This document shows, one piece after another, positions 48,773-59,143 of a stretch of DNA of 64,000 nucleotides. The position numbers and the translations under genes were made by a program. Where the stretch lies: contig JBCBEP010000001.1 of the NCBI GenBank assembly GCA_038528605.1, positions 25,202-89,201 on the forward strand, given 5' to 3'. How positions within the stretch are numbered: the first letter of the stretch is position 1; every line of letters begins with the position of its first letter. This DNA comes from Pseudomonadota bacterium. GTDB taxonomy: Bacteria > Pseudomonadota > Alphaproteobacteria > Rhodobacterales > Rhodobacteraceae. Below the pieces are notes generated by a model. The model ran no database searches. It had not been told where the DNA came from and saw only the letters and a program-made list of their open reading frames with translations.

Positions 48773-49750
48773 ATGAGCTTCCTGGTCCAGCCCGCGCCGC
48801 CTGCCCGCCCGAACCGCTGCCAGCTTTTCGGCCCCGGCTCGAAGCCTGCGCTTTTCGAGAAGATGGCGGCCTCGGCGGCGGATGTGGCGAACCTCGACCT
48901 GGAGGACGCGGTGGCGCCGGACGACAAGATCGAGGCGCGCAAGAACGTCATCCAGGCGGTCAACGATGTGGATTGGGGGAACAAGACCCTCAGCGTGCGG
49001 ATCAATGGTCTCGACACGCCCTATTGGGTCCGGGACGTGGTTGACCTGGTGGAGCAGACCAACGGCCGGCTCGATCTCATCATGATCCCGAAGGCGGGGA
49101 ACGCGAAGGATGTCTACACCGTCGACGCGATGATCAGCGCGCTCGAGGCGGCGACGGGCAAGACCAAGCGGCTCGGCCTGGAAGTGATCATCGAGACGGC
49201 GGCGGGCCTTGCGCATGTGGAGGAGATCGCGGCTGCCTCGCCCCGGATGGAGGCCATGAGCCTCGGCCCGGCGGACTATGCGGCGTTCATGGGCATGGCG
49301 ACGACGGCGATCGGCGGCATGCAGGCGAACTATGCGATGATCGAGGACCCCCGCGAGGACGGCGGGGAGCGGGCGCGTCATTTCGCGGATCCCTGGCACT
49401 ATCCGACCGTGGCGATTGTGGCTGCCTGTCGGACCCACGGGGTGCTGCCGGTGGACGGGCCTTTCGGCGACTTTTCCGACCCCGAGGGCTTCAGGGCGCA
49501 AGCCTGGCGCTCGGCCACGCTCGGCATGGTGGGCAAATGGGCCATCCATCCGAGCCAGATCGCGCTCTCCAACGAGGTCTTCACGCCGTCGGACGCGGCG
49601 GTGACGAAGGCCAAGCGGATCATCGAGGCGATGGAGGAGGCGACCCGCTCTGGTGCAGGCGCGGTGACGCTCGACGGCAAGCTGATCGATCTCGCCTCCA
49701 TCCGCCAGGCGGAGGTGATCGTGAAGCAGGCGGCGCTGATCGGCGCCTGA
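48773..49750 (+). CDS. mcl1: L-malyl-CoA / beta-methylmalyl-CoA lyase (HpcH/HpaI-CitE family)
   Basis: Near-collinear similarity to Rhodobacter Mcl1 (MSF..QPAPPARPNRCQLFGPGS.PALFEKMAASAADV.NLDLED.VAPDDK...VGKWAIHP.Q). GAGGAG Shine-Dalgarno. Confidence 0.85.
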   Translation: MSFLVQPAPPARPNRCQLFGPGSKPALFEKMAASAADVANLDLEDAVAPDDKIEARKNVIQAVNDVDWGNKTLSVRINGLDTPYWVRDVVDLVEQTNGRLDLIMIPKAGNAKDVYTVDAMISALEAATGKTKRLGLEVIIETAAGLAHVEEIAAASPRMEAMSLGPADYAAFMGMATTAIGGMQANYAMIEDPREDGGERARHFADPWHYPTVAIVAACRTHGVLPVDGPFGDFSDPEGFRAQAWRSATLGMVGKWAIHPSQIALSNEVFTPSDAAVTKAKRIIEAMEEATRSGAGAVTLDGKLIDLASIRQAEVIVKQAALIGA

Positions 49751-49822
49751 ACTCTTCGGTTTCGCCGGCAGGTCGGGGCGGGCTGGCTGGTCGCCCCGGC
49801 TTCGGACCTGGCGGTCCTCAGC

Positions 49823-49844
49823 GGCCCGCCCGCCAGCCGCGCCC
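49823..49844. repeat. GC-rich 22-mer GGCCCGCCCGCCAGCCGCGCCC, copy 2 (same orientation as copy 1)
   Basis: Exact match to 24579..24600, 73 nt after the mcl1 stop. An imperfect inverse partner lies at ~49773..49795. Confidence 0.6.
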
Positions 49845-49855
49845 CATCCGCCTCT

Positions 49856-50638
49856 TCAGGCGGGTTTCGAGACGGCGACGAAGACCCGGGTGCTGGAGAA
49901 GAAGGAGGCGCCGCGGGCGTCGAGCCCGTCGAGCTCCGCCTCCCAGGCGTCGATTTCTGCTGCGTCCATCGTGCCCTGGCCGCGCACATAGCCCGCAAGA
50001 AAGGCACGCGCGGTGAGGCTGTAGCTTCCGGCGCTGGCCGCTAGGTTGATGATGGGAAAACCGGTCGTGCCGGTTACCGTCAGCCCCGCCGCGCGCAGCC
50101 TCGGTGCGAGCGTGCGGGGCAGGCGCGGGTCGGCGCAGTGGGGCTCGAAGGCCTTGAGCATCCGTGCCATCCGCGCCGGGTTCTCGCTGTGCCACGCCAC
50201 CGCGTCCCAGTCGGTCGCCACCACGAGGCCCCGGCCCCCGGGTCGGATGACCCGGGCAAACTCCGCACAGAAGCCCTCGATATCCGCCACGTATTCGGCG
50301 ACCTGCACGGAGACGGCGACGTCGAACGACGCATCCGGCACGGGCAGGGCGGTGGCATCGCCCCGTTCGTAGCTGAGCCAGGGCCGGGTGTTGCGCGCGC
50401 GCGCCCGGGCGAGCAGGGCCTCCGATATGTCGAGGCCGAGCACCGCGCCTTCCATGCCCACCGCCTCGGCCATCTCCGCCGAGAGGAAGCCGGGGCCGCT
50501 GCCGATATCGATCACCCGCTGCCCCTGCCGGAGGGCGAGCTGGTCGAGGGTGAACCGGCGCTGCGCGGCCACGTCGCTGCCCCGATAGACTGCTTCGAGC
50601 CGCTCAGCGGCGGCCTCGTCGTAATCCATGCTGGCCAT
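49856..50638 (-). CDS. Class-I SAM-dependent methyltransferase
   Basis: VIDIGSGPGFLS motif I and a Methyltransf_11-like fold. Confidence 0.8.
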   Translation of the reverse strand: MASMDYDEAAAERLEAVYRGSDVAAQRRFTLDQLALRQGQRVIDIGSGPGFLSAEMAEAVGMEGAVLGLDISEALLARARARNTRPWLSYERGDATALPVPDASFDVAVSVQVAEYVADIEGFCAEFARVIRPGGRGLVVATDWDAVAWHSENPARMARMLKAFEPHCADPRLPRTLAPRLRAAGLTVTGTTGFPIINLAASAGSYSLTARAFLAGYVRGQGTMDAAEIDAWEAELDGLDARGASFFSSTRVFVAVSKPA

Positions 50639-50761
50639 CCGCTTCCTCCCTCGAGTGTTCACGCAGCGTCAACTGCGGATAGCACCATGCCCAGCCGCCA
50701 GGATCAATCCGGCGCCGCCGGGCCGTTGCAACCGCGCCGCCGATGGGCCATGTGAGCGCGC

Positions 50762-51727
50762 ATGCAGAAGCAGAACTTCCTCGATTTCGAGAAGGGCGTG
50801 GCCGAGCTCGCCGGAAAGGCGCAGGAGCTCCGCGCGCTGGTCGACCAAAGCCCCGAGCTCGAGGTGGCCGACGAGGCCAGCCGGCTCGAGGAGCGCGCGG
50901 ATGCGATGCTCGTGAGCCTCTACAAGGGGCTGACGCCCTGGCAGAAATGCCAGGTGGCGCGCCACCCTGCCCGGCCCCATGCGCTGGATTACATCCGCGG
51001 GCTGTTCAGCGATTATACGCCGCTCGCGGGCGACCGGAATTTCGCGGAGGATCATGCCATCGTCGGCGGCCTCGCCCGGTTTCGGGACCGCCCGGTGGTG
51101 GTGCTCGGCCACGAGAAGGGGTCCGACACCCGCAGTAGGCTCGAGCGCAATTTCGGCATGGCCCGGCCCGAGGGATACCGGAAGGCCGTGCGGCTCATGG
51201 ATCTCGCGCACCGCTTCGCCCTGCCGCTGATCAGCCTTGTCGACACGCCCGGCGCCTATCCGGGCAAGGGGGCTGAGGAGCGCGGCCAGGCCGAGGCCAT
51301 CGCGCGAGCGACGGAGAAGTGCCTGTCGCTCGGCGCGCCCTTCGTCTCGGTCATCATCGGCGAGGGTGGATCGGGAGGGGCTGTGGCGCTGGCCACGGCG
51401 AACCGGGTCGCGATGCTGGAGCATGCCGTCTATTCGGTCATCTCGCCGGAGGGCTGCGCGTCGATCCTCTGGAAGAACGCGGAGAAGATGAAGGAAGCGG
51501 CCCAGGCCCTGCGCCTGACCGCGGCCGATCTTGCGGCACTGGGCGTGGTGGACCGGGTGATCGACGAGCCCGTGGGGGGCGCCCAGCGCGCGCCGGCGGA
51601 GGCCATCGCCGCCACGGGCGACGCGATTGCAGCCCTCCTCGGTGAGCTCGACGGCATGGACCCCGCGGCCATCCGGGCGGACCGGCGCCAGAAGTTCCTC
51701 ACCATGGGCGATCGCAGCCTCACCTGA
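50762..51727 (+). CDS. accA: Acetyl-CoA carboxylase carboxyltransferase alpha subunit
   Basis: Collinear AccA motifs ([14 protein letters not shown]...[21 protein letters not shown]). Confidence 0.95.
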   Translation: MQKQNFLDFEKGVAELAGKAQELRALVDQSPELEVADEASRLEERADAMLVSLYKGLTPWQKCQVARHPARPHALDYIRGLFSDYTPLAGDRNFAEDHAIVGGLARFRDRPVVVLGHEKGSDTRSRLERNFGMARPEGYRKAVRLMDLAHRFALPLISLVDTPGAYPGKGAEERGQAEAIARATEKCLSLGAPFVSVIIGEGGSGGAVALATANRVAMLEHAVYSVISPEGCASILWKNAEKMKEAAQALRLTAADLAALGVVDRVIDEPVGGAQRAPAEAIAATGDAIAALLGELDGMDPAAIRADRRQKFLTMGDRSLT

Positions 51728-51781
51728 CGGCCATCCGGTTCTTGTCGACCGCCGGTAGGCGCCTCGAGGGCATCGCCCGAG

Positions 51782-51816
51782 CGCGCCGGCGGGGGGTCGA
51801 TCCCCCCGCCGGCGCG
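51782..51816 (+). terminator. Perfect 15-bp-stem hairpin (CGCGCCGGCGGGGGG-TCGAT-CCCCCCGCCGGCGCG) 55 nt after accA
   Basis: Seen in the sequence. A T-rich segment follows about 20 nt later. Confidence 0.6.
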
Positions 51817-51957
51817 GCCTCCTCCCGATGCGCCGCGTCTTTCCTTGGGTCGCGGCCCTAGCCAACTGCGACAATTCGATTATGGTTCCGCGGGAGCCCT
51901 CGCCGCGCCTCCCTCCCCACCCGAGGCCGGCCTTCAGATAAGAATCGCGGAGCGACG

Positions 51958-54426
51958 ATGCAGGAGAGCGAGGCAACGACCGCCGCCGGCAGGGGCAGGG
52001 GCCCTGTGCCCGACGAGACGATGCCGGCCGGCACGACCGCGCTCGCCGCGCCGGATCCGCTCGGCAGCGGCTTCGCGGCATCGCTTCCCTGGCCCATCGG
52101 CACCAAGCCCGTGCCGACGCATCCGATCCGCTCGCTCTTCGAAGCTTTCCCGCAGCTCTCGACCTATCTGCTCTACGTGCCCAGCGTCCTCGCGCTACTG
52201 GCTTTCTCCTTCTTCCTCCAGTTCTTGCCGGGCGTCGCGGGTGGGGAGGTCTTCACCTGGAGCCGGCCCTGGATCAGCGCGCTCGACATCGCCTTCGCCT
52301 TCCGGATCGACGGGCTGGGGCTCGTCTTCTCGCTGCTGATCACGGGGATCGGCGCGCTCGTCTTCCTTTACACCGCAGGCTATTTCCGCACCGATCCGCG
52401 CGTTGGCAGGCTCCTGACGCTGCTCTTTCTCTTCGGCGTGTCGATGGTTGGCCTCGTGCTGGCGGACGATATCGTCACGCTCTTCCTCTTCTGGGAGGGC
52501 ACCACGGTCACGTCATTCCTGCTCGTGGGGTTCGACTATCAGAAGCCCAATTCGCGCCGCTCCGCCCTGCAGGCGCTCCTCGTCACGGGCATGGGCGGCC
52601 TCGCCCTCCTCGGTGCGCTCATCCTGCTGGGGGGCTTCACCGGCAGCTACCTGATCTCGGATATCAACGCGGCCGGAGACACCCTGCGCGAGAGCGGGCT
52701 TTATGTCCCGGTCTTCCTCCTAGTACTGCTCGCCGCCTTTACGAAATCGGCCCAGTTCCCGTTCCATTTCTGGCTTCCGGGCGCGATGGCCGCGCCCACG
52801 CCCGTCTCCGCCTACCTCCACTCGGCCACCATGGTGAAGGCGGGCGTCTACCTTCTTATGCGCTTCACCCCCGCGCTCGGTGGCACGGAGATCTGGTTCT
52901 GGGTGCTCACCATCTTCGGCGCCACCACCATGCTCATCGGCTCGATCTGGGCGCTCAGGCAGACCGACCTCAAGCTGATGCTCGCCCACACCACGGTGAT
53001 GGGCCTTGGCACGCTGGTGATGTTTCTCGGCGGCGGAACCGAGAAGGCGGTGATCGGCGCGGCCCTCTTCCTCGTGGTCCACGCCCTCTACAAGGCCTCA
53101 CTCTTCCTCATGGTCGGCTGTCTCGACAAGAAGGCCGGCACGCGGGAAGTCGATGCGCTCGGCGGCCTCGCGAAGGCGATGCCCATCACCATGTGGATGG
53201 CGGCTCTCGCGGCGCTCTCCATGGCGGGCATGATGCCGTTCGTCGGCTTCCTCGGCAAAGAGGTGATGTATGAGGGCGCCCTCAAGGTGGCGACAGAGCC
53301 TGTCCTCGTTACCGGCGCGGCGCTGGCCGCCAACGCCATGATGGTGGCGGTGGGCGGGCTCGTGGCGCTCAATCCCTTCCATCGCGGCCCCCAGCTCAGC
53401 CCCAAGCCCGCCGCGGACCCGCCCTGGGAGATGTGGCTCGGCCCGATGATCCTCGCCGTGCTCGGCCTCCTCTTCGGCCTCGCCGCGGGGCCCGTCGGCT
53501 CGGGTATCGTGGGGCCCGTGGCCAGCAGCATCCTCGGCCGCGATATCGGCGACCCGCATCTCGCGCTCTGGCACGGGTTCAACGCGGCGCTGATGCTCAG
53601 CCTCTGCACCTTCGCGCTCGGCGGCGTCTTCTACTATTACGCCCGTGCGATCCGGCTCGGTCTGGCCGGCGCGGAGCAGGACGGGTTGCGGAGCGCGGAC
53701 CGGACCTATGACGTGGTGCTCGACGGTCTGCAGCGCTTCTGCTCGGGCTTCATGGGCCGGGTGCAGGACGGCGCGCTCGAGGGCTATATGCGCGTCACCT
53801 TCATCGCCCTCGCCGTGGTCCTGTGGGGCGCGGTCGCAGCCTCCGGCGGGCACCGGCCGACGCCGAGCTTCGACCTGCCGCTGATCAACTACGTCACGCT
53901 CTTCATGATCATCATCGGCACGGTCGTGGTGGTGATCACCCGCTCGCGCCTCCTCTCGATCACCGCGCTCGGCGTCGTCGGCACCGGTATTTCGATCATC
54001 TTCGTGCTCTATGGCGCGATCGACGTTGCGATGACGCAGCTGATGATCGAGATCCTCGTGGTGGTCTTCCTCGCCGTCGCCCTCCTCCGCCTGCCCCGCA
54101 CGCCCGAGCGTAAGGGCTTCCGCGTGGGCGATGCCGGCATCGCCGCTGCCGTGGGCCTCGGCGTCACCATTGTCCTCATCTCCGTGCTCGGCACGCCGCT
54201 CGACCTGCAGCTGACCGAGTTCTTCGAGGCGAAGTCGGCGCCGGAAGCCTTCGGCAACAACATCGTCAACGTCATCCTCGTCGATTTCCGGGCGCTCGAC
54301 ACGCTGGGCGAGATCGCCGTGATCGTCATCGCCTCCATCGGTGCGGTCGCGGCCCTCTCCTCCGGGCGCGGCGCGCCCACGCGGAACCAACGCCGAGGGG
54401 CCAAGTCGTCGGAGACGCGCGCATGA
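51958..54426 (+). CDS. mrpA: Na+/H+ antiporter subunit A (MrpA/MnhA/PhaA, NuoL-like)
   Basis: 822 aa with about 20 transmembrane helices and a NuoL/MrpA core. ~60-aa N-terminal extension, so the start is uncertain (alternative 52021). GGAG Shine-Dalgarno. Confidence 0.85.
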   Translation: MQESEATTAAGRGRGPVPDETMPAGTTALAAPDPLGSGFAASLPWPIGTKPVPTHPIRSLFEAFPQLSTYLLYVPSVLALLAFSFFLQFLPGVAGGEVFTWSRPWISALDIAFAFRIDGLGLVFSLLITGIGALVFLYTAGYFRTDPRVGRLLTLLFLFGVSMVGLVLADDIVTLFLFWEGTTVTSFLLVGFDYQKPNSRRSALQALLVTGMGGLALLGALILLGGFTGSYLISDINAAGDTLRESGLYVPVFLLVLLAAFTKSAQFPFHFWLPGAMAAPTPVSAYLHSATMVKAGVYLLMRFTPALGGTEIWFWVLTIFGATTMLIGSIWALRQTDLKLMLAHTTVMGLGTLVMFLGGGTEKAVIGAALFLVVHALYKASLFLMVGCLDKKAGTREVDALGGLAKAMPITMWMAALAALSMAGMMPFVGFLGKEVMYEGALKVATEPVLVTGAALAANAMMVAVGGLVALNPFHRGPQLSPKPAADPPWEMWLGPMILAVLGLLFGLAAGPVGSGIVGPVASSILGRDIGDPHLALWHGFNAALMLSLCTFALGGVFYYYARAIRLGLAGAEQDGLRSADRTYDVVLDGLQRFCSGFMGRVQDGALEGYMRVTFIALAVVLWGAVAASGGHRPTPSFDLPLINYVTLFMIIIGTVVVVITRSRLLSITALGVVGTGISIIFVLYGAIDVAMTQLMIEILVVVFLAVALLRLPRTPERKGFRVGDAGIAAAVGLGVTIVLISVLGTPLDLQLTEFFEAKSAPEAFGNNIVNVILVDFRALDTLGEIAVIVIASIGAVAALSSGRGAPTRNQRRGAKSSETRA

Positions 54427-54884
54427 ACTCGATCATCCTTTCCACCGCCACGCGCGTGATGGCGCCGATCCTGTTCCTGTTCGCCATTTACATCCTCTGG
54501 CGCGGCCATAACGCGCCAGGCGGAGGCTTTATCGGCGGGCTAGTCGCCGCTACCGCCCTCGCGCTCATGGAGAAGGCCTCGGGGCTGGAGAAGGCTCGCC
54601 GCTTCCTGCGCGCCGAACCGCTGGCGATCGCTGCCGTGGGCCTCGCCTGCGCGGTCACCGCCGCCGTCTGGGGCTACCTCGCGGAGGGCTCTGTGCTCGC
54701 CGGGGTCTGGCCGCTGAAGGACGCGTATTTCTTCGGCGTCTCGCTCAAACCCTTCGGCTCGATCCTGCTCTTCGACACGGGCGTGTTCCTCGTCGTCGTC
54801 GGCGGTGTCTCGGGCATGCTCTTCACGCTGGAGGCCGCGGCGCTTTCCGCGCTCGACGATGCGGATGACGAGGAGAAGCGCTGA
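54423..54884 (+). CDS. mrpB: Na+/H+ antiporter subunit B
   Basis: 153-aa membrane protein of the MnhB family. Start overlaps the mrpA stop. Confidence 0.85.
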   Translation: MNSIILSTATRVMAPILFLFAIYILWRGHNAPGGGFIGGLVAATALALMEKASGLEKARRFLRAEPLAIAAVGLACAVTAAVWGYLAEGSVLAGVWPLKDAYFFGVSLKPFGSILLFDTGVFLVVVGGVSGMLFTLEAAALSALDDADDEEKR

Positions 54885-55273
54885 TGGAACCCTCCCTCGC
54901 CGTCCTGATTGGCTTCCTCGTGGCCTGCGGCGCCTACCTGATGATGTCGTCCAACCTCATCCGGTTTCTCTTCGGCCTCACCATCATCTCCAACGCCGCC
55001 AACCTCGCCATCTTCGCCGCCGGGCGGATGACCTTCGGCCTGCCCGCGCTGGTGCCGGAAGGGGCGGAGACGGTGGAGGGCACGGTCGCCAACTCTCTCC
55101 CCCAGGCGCTGATCCTCACGGCCATCGTGATCGGCTTCGGTCTCTTCGTCTTCTCGCTCAGCCTCGTGCTCCGCGCGTATGCCGAGTTTGGCACGGCCGA
55201 TAGCGGGGGGATGCGCGAGGCCGAGCCCGAGGATGCCCGACGGCCCGCCACGCTCGACCCGGAGCTTCGCTGA
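54884..55273 (+). CDS. mrpC: Na+/H+ antiporter subunit C (NuoK-like)
   Basis: 129 aa with 3 transmembrane helices and MnhC similarity. Confidence 0.9.
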   Translation: MEPSLAVLIGFLVACGAYLMMSSNLIRFLFGLTIISNAANLAIFAAGRMTFGLPALVPEGAETVEGTVANSLPQALILTAIVIGFGLFVFSLSLVLRAYAEFGTADSGGMREAEPEDARRPATLDPELR

Positions 55274-56757
55274 TGTTGCTCGCCGCCCCGATCCTGCTGC
55301 CCCTCGGCACGGCGATCATCCTGTTCCTGCTGCGCCACCACCCGGTGCACAAGCTGCTATCGGTGCTCTCCGCCGGCGTGCTGATCATCCTCGGCGGCAC
55401 GATCCTCGCGGAGACGGCGGCCAACGGGCCGATGTCGGCGCAGATGGGTGGCTGGGCGGCGCCCTACGGCATCACCCTCGCGGCCGACACGCTCTCGGGC
55501 GCCATGGTGCTCATCGCCGGTATCGCCACCTTCACGGCCCTGATGTTCGCGACCGTGGAGGTGGACAAGCCGACGGAGGCGCTCGGCTTCCACGCCCTCT
55601 GCCACGCGATGGTTGGTGGCGTCTGCGGCGCATTCCTCACGGGCGACCTCTTCAACCTTTATGTCTGGTTCGAGGTGATGCTCATCTCGTCCTTCGGTCT
55701 CCTCGTCGTCGGCGGCGGGCGGCGGCAGATGGACGGGGCAATGAAATACGTCGCCCTCAACCTCGTGGGCACCATCGCGTTCCTGACCGGCGTCGGCCTG
55801 CTCTACGGCACCGCCGGCACGCTCAACATGGCCGATCTCGGCGTGAAGCTGCAGGGGCGGATGGACGAGACGGCGGTGATGGGGGCAGCCGGCATGCTGC
55901 TCTTCGCCTTCGCCGCGAAGGCCGCGCTCTTCCCGGTGTTCTTCTGGCTGCCGGCCTCCTACCACACGCCCGCCGCCGCCACCTCCGCGCTCTTCTCCGC
56001 GCTGCTCACGAAGGTGGGCGTCTACTCGCTCCTGCGCGTCTTCACGCTGATCTTCGATCCGGGGAACGAGGTGATCTCTACCGCCCTCCTCATCGCCGCT
56101 GGCTTCACCATCGTGCTCGGCGCCATGGGGGCCGCGGCGGAGGGGGAGATGCGGCGCATCTTCTCCTTCCACATCGTGAGCCAGATCGGGGTGATGACCC
56201 TCGGCCTTGCCATCGGTACGGAGCTCGCGCTCTCAGGCGCCGTCTTCTACTTCTTCCACCACATACCGGCGATGATGGGTCTCATCCTCCTCGGCGGGCT
56301 CATCGGGCGCGAATGCGGGTCCGAGCGTCTCGACCGTATCGGCGGGCTGTGGACCGCGGCGCCCTGGCTCGGGATCCTGTTCCTCATACCCATGCTCAGC
56401 CTCATCGGGGTGCCGCCGCTCTCGGGTTTCTGGGCCAAGTTCTTCATGATCCGCGCGAGTTTCGAGGCGGGGGACTACCTCCTCGGCGCGCTCATCCTGA
56501 TGGCCTCGGTGCTGACCTTCTTCTATCTCGGTCGCGTCTTCGTTGCCGCCTTCTGGCAGCCGCGCCCGGGCGTGGAGGCGGAGGCGATCCCCGCCTGCTA
56601 TCCTCATCGCCTTCTGGTCCTGCCTGTGATGTTGCTCGCCGCCGTTACGCTCGGCATCAGCCTCTCGCCGGACAACTTCTTCGCGCTGGCGGGCGATGCC
56701 GCCGGCGGCCTGCGCGACCCGATACCCTATCTCCGCACCGTGCTTGGAGGTTCGTGA
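55273..56757 (+). CDS. mrpD: Na+/H+ antiporter subunit D (NuoN/M-like)
   Basis: 494 aa with a proton-pumping NuoN-type fold. Confidence 0.9.
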   Translation: MLLAAPILLPLGTAIILFLLRHHPVHKLLSVLSAGVLIILGGTILAETAANGPMSAQMGGWAAPYGITLAADTLSGAMVLIAGIATFTALMFATVEVDKPTEALGFHALCHAMVGGVCGAFLTGDLFNLYVWFEVMLISSFGLLVVGGGRRQMDGAMKYVALNLVGTIAFLTGVGLLYGTAGTLNMADLGVKLQGRMDETAVMGAAGMLLFAFAAKAALFPVFFWLPASYHTPAAATSALFSALLTKVGVYSLLRVFTLIFDPGNEVISTALLIAAGFTIVLGAMGAAAEGEMRRIFSFHIVSQIGVMTLGLAIGTELALSGAVFYFFHHIPAMMGLILLGGLIGRECGSERLDRIGGLWTAAPWLGILFLIPMLSLIGVPPLSGFWAKFFMIRASFEAGDYLLGALILMASVLTFFYLGRVFVAAFWQPRPGVEAEAIPACYPHRLLVLPVMLLAAVTLGISLSPDNFFALAGDAAGGLRDPIPYLRTVLGGS

Positions 56758-56760
56758 CCC

Positions 56761-57099
56761 ATGCGCCTGCTCATGAAGCCGCTGCATATCGTCTGGCTCG
56801 TCATCTACTTTCTCTACGAGCTCTTCAATTCCGCCTGGCGCGTGTTCGTCGAGGTGATGACGCCCGGGCTGAACATCACCCCCAAGTTCCACGCCCTCCC
56901 GCTCGATGCGAAGAGCGACCTGCAGATCACGATGACCGGGAACATGATCACGCTCACGCCCGGCACGCTTACCGTGGATGTGAGCCCTGACCGGCAGTTC
57001 CTCCTCATTCACTCGATGTATACCGAGGAGGGGACCGAGGCGGTGAACGCCGGCATCAAGGCGGGGCTCGAGAAGGTGGTGATGAGGGCCACGCAATGA
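56761..57099 (+). CDS. mrpE: Na+/H+ antiporter subunit E
   Basis: MnhE-like ITLTPGTLTVDV motif. Confidence 0.8.
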   Translation: MRLLMKPLHIVWLVIYFLYELFNSAWRVFVEVMTPGLNITPKFHALPLDAKSDLQITMTGNMITLTPGTLTVDVSPDRQFLLIHSMYTEEGTEAVNAGIKAGLEKVVMRATQ

Positions 57100-57491
57100 A
57101 CATCCTCGGCGGGTTCTTCGAAGGGCCGCTGGCCTGGGGCGCCTCGGTGAGCGGCATCCTCATCGCTGCCGGGATCGTCTGCTCCGTCTGGCGCCTGATC
57201 AAGGGTGAGACGCTGCCGGACCGTGTCGTGGCGCTCGATCTTCTCTCGATGCAGCTCACCGCGCTTCTGGTGGTTTTTGCCACGGCCGTGCGGAAGCCCG
57301 CCTATCTCGACGCGGCCCTCGCCCTTGCCCTCATCTCATTCCTCTCCACCGTCGCCTTCGCGCGTTATGTGGAGCGCCGGGTGCGGACCGATGCGCCCCC
57401 TGCACCGGACCCTGAGCCGGCGCCCCCGCCCCCGCCCGAGCCTTCAGCCGAAGCAGCCCCGTCCGCCGACCCGGAGCCCAGCAATGCTTGA
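57096..57491 (+). CDS. mrpF: Na+/H+ antiporter subunit F, with a Pro/Ala/Glu-rich tail
   Basis: MrpF/PhaF family with 3 transmembrane helices. Confidence 0.85.
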   Translation: MNILGGFFEGPLAWGASVSGILIAAGIVCSVWRLIKGETLPDRVVALDLLSMQLTALLVVFATAVRKPAYLDAALALALISFLSTVAFARYVERRVRTDAPPAPDPEPAPPPPPEPSAEAAPSADPEPSNA

Positions 57492-57861
57492 GACCGTGCT
57501 CGACATCCTCGCCGCCATCGCCCTCGTCGCCGGCGGGCTCCTGTGCTTCGCCGCGGGCCTTGGCGTGGTGCGCTTCCAGGACGTCTATCTCCGCATGCAC
57601 GCGGCCACCAAGGCGGGCACGCTGGGGCTGATGTTCATCGCCCTCGCGCTGGTCTTCGCGGCGCCTGGGCTCGAGATTGTGATCAAGGTGATCCTCGTCT
57701 CCGTCTTCATGATCATCACCGCCCCCGTCGGCTCGCATCTGATCGGCCGCGCGGCGTTCCGGACCGGCACGCCCTTCTGGCAGGGCACCGGGGTGGACGC
57801 GAATTGCGAGCCCTTCCGCGAAGGCGCGGCCGAAGCGCGGCGGAGCGCGGAGCGGGACTGA
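57485..57861 (+). CDS. mrpG: Na+/H+ antiporter subunit G
   Basis: MnhG/PhaG family. Overlaps mrpF. Confidence 0.85.
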
Positions 57862-57952
57862 TCGATCTGTCCCGGAGCATTTGCCGGCAAGCGGCGGGCG
57901 CCCTAACTCACCCTGCACAGCTTCGTCTGCCACGGCCGCACCGAGGGGGCCC

Positions 57953-59143
57953 ATGAGCGCTTTCGACATCACGGGAAGCCTGCCCGCACCGGTGCCTGTA
58001 CCCGGCGCGCCGCTGGAGGCCCGGCCCTACCGTTCCCTTGCGGTGATCGGCGGCGGTGCCTGGGGCACCGCGCTCGCGGTGGTGGCGGCGCGTGCCGGGC
58101 GGCGTACCAGCCTCTGGGCGCGGCGGCGGGACGTGGTGGAGGACATCAACGACCGCCGCCTCAATAGCCGCTATCTCGGCGACATCCCCATGCCCGACGG
58201 GCTGACGGCGACCGATGATTTCCACGCAGCCTGTGCGTGCGCCGAGGCGGTGCTCCTCGTCACGCCTTCGGGTACGGTGCGCGAGATGGCGGAGCGGCTG
58301 AACACCGTCCTTGCGCCGAAGGTGCCGGTTATCGTCTGCGCCAAGGGTATCGAGGACCGTACGGGCTTCCTCATGGCCGATGTGGTGGCCGATGCCGCTC
58401 CGGGCCGTCCGGTCGGCGCCCTCTCCGGCCCCAGCTTTGCTGATGAGACCGCGCGGGGCGACCCGACGGCGGTGACCATCGCCAGCGATTTCCGGCTCGA
58501 CCGCTATGCCGATCTCGAGCGCGAGCATCTCCTTCGGGCCGAGCAGCTGGCGGCGCGCATGGCCGTCTCGCTCACGACCGAGAGCTTCCGCCCCTACCTT
58601 TCGGACGATCTCACCGGCGTGGAAGTGGGTGGCGCGGTGAAGAACGTGCTCGCCATCGCCTGCGGCATGGCGACGGGCGCGGGCTTTGCCGCCAATACCC
58701 GCGCGGCGCTCATCACCCGCGGGCTCGACGAGATGAAGGCGCTGGCCGAGGCGCTCGGCGGCAAGCGCGAGACCGTGACCGGCCTTTCCGGCATCGGCGA
58801 CCTCACCCTCACCTGCTCCAACACCTCGAGCCGCAATTTCAGCTACGGCGTGGAGATGGGCGAGGGCCGGCGGGGCGACGAGATTTTCGGTGGCCAGAAG
58901 AAGGTCGTCGAGGGTGTGCGCAACTCCATCGCCGCCACCGATCTCGCCCGCCGCAAGGGCGTGGAGATGCCGATCTGCGAGACCGTGCGCGCCATCGTGC
59001 ATGACGGCAAGCCGCTCGGCGAAGCCTTTGCCGAGCTCTGGTCCCGCCCGCTCGAGGCCGAACCCCGCGCGCTCGAACTCACCCTCGATCATCCGGCCGA
59101 TGATGCTGCCATCCGCCGCTTCGCCGACGCCTGGGAGGAATGA
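57953..59143 (+). CDS. gpsA: NAD(P)H-dependent glycerol-3-phosphate dehydrogenase
   Basis: AVIGGGAWGTALA Rossmann motif and the GVEVGGAVKNVLAIA.G motif. About 20-aa N-terminal and ~30-aa C-terminal extensions relative to E. coli GpsA. GAGGGGG Shine-Dalgarno. Confidence 0.9.
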   Translation: MSAFDITGSLPAPVPVPGAPLEARPYRSLAVIGGGAWGTALAVVAARAGRRTSLWARRRDVVEDINDRRLNSRYLGDIPMPDGLTATDDFHAACACAEAVLLVTPSGTVREMAERLNTVLAPKVPVIVCAKGIEDRTGFLMADVVADAAPGRPVGALSGPSFADETARGDPTAVTIASDFRLDRYADLEREHLLRAEQLAARMAVSLTTESFRPYLSDDLTGVEVGGAVKNVLAIACGMATGAGFAANTRAALITRGLDEMKALAEALGGKRETVTGLSGIGDLTLTCSNTSSRNFSYGVEMGEGRRGDEIFGGQKKVVEGVRNSIAATDLARRKGVEMPICETVRAIVHDGKPLGEAFAELWSRPLEAEPRALELTLDHPADDAAIRRFADAWEE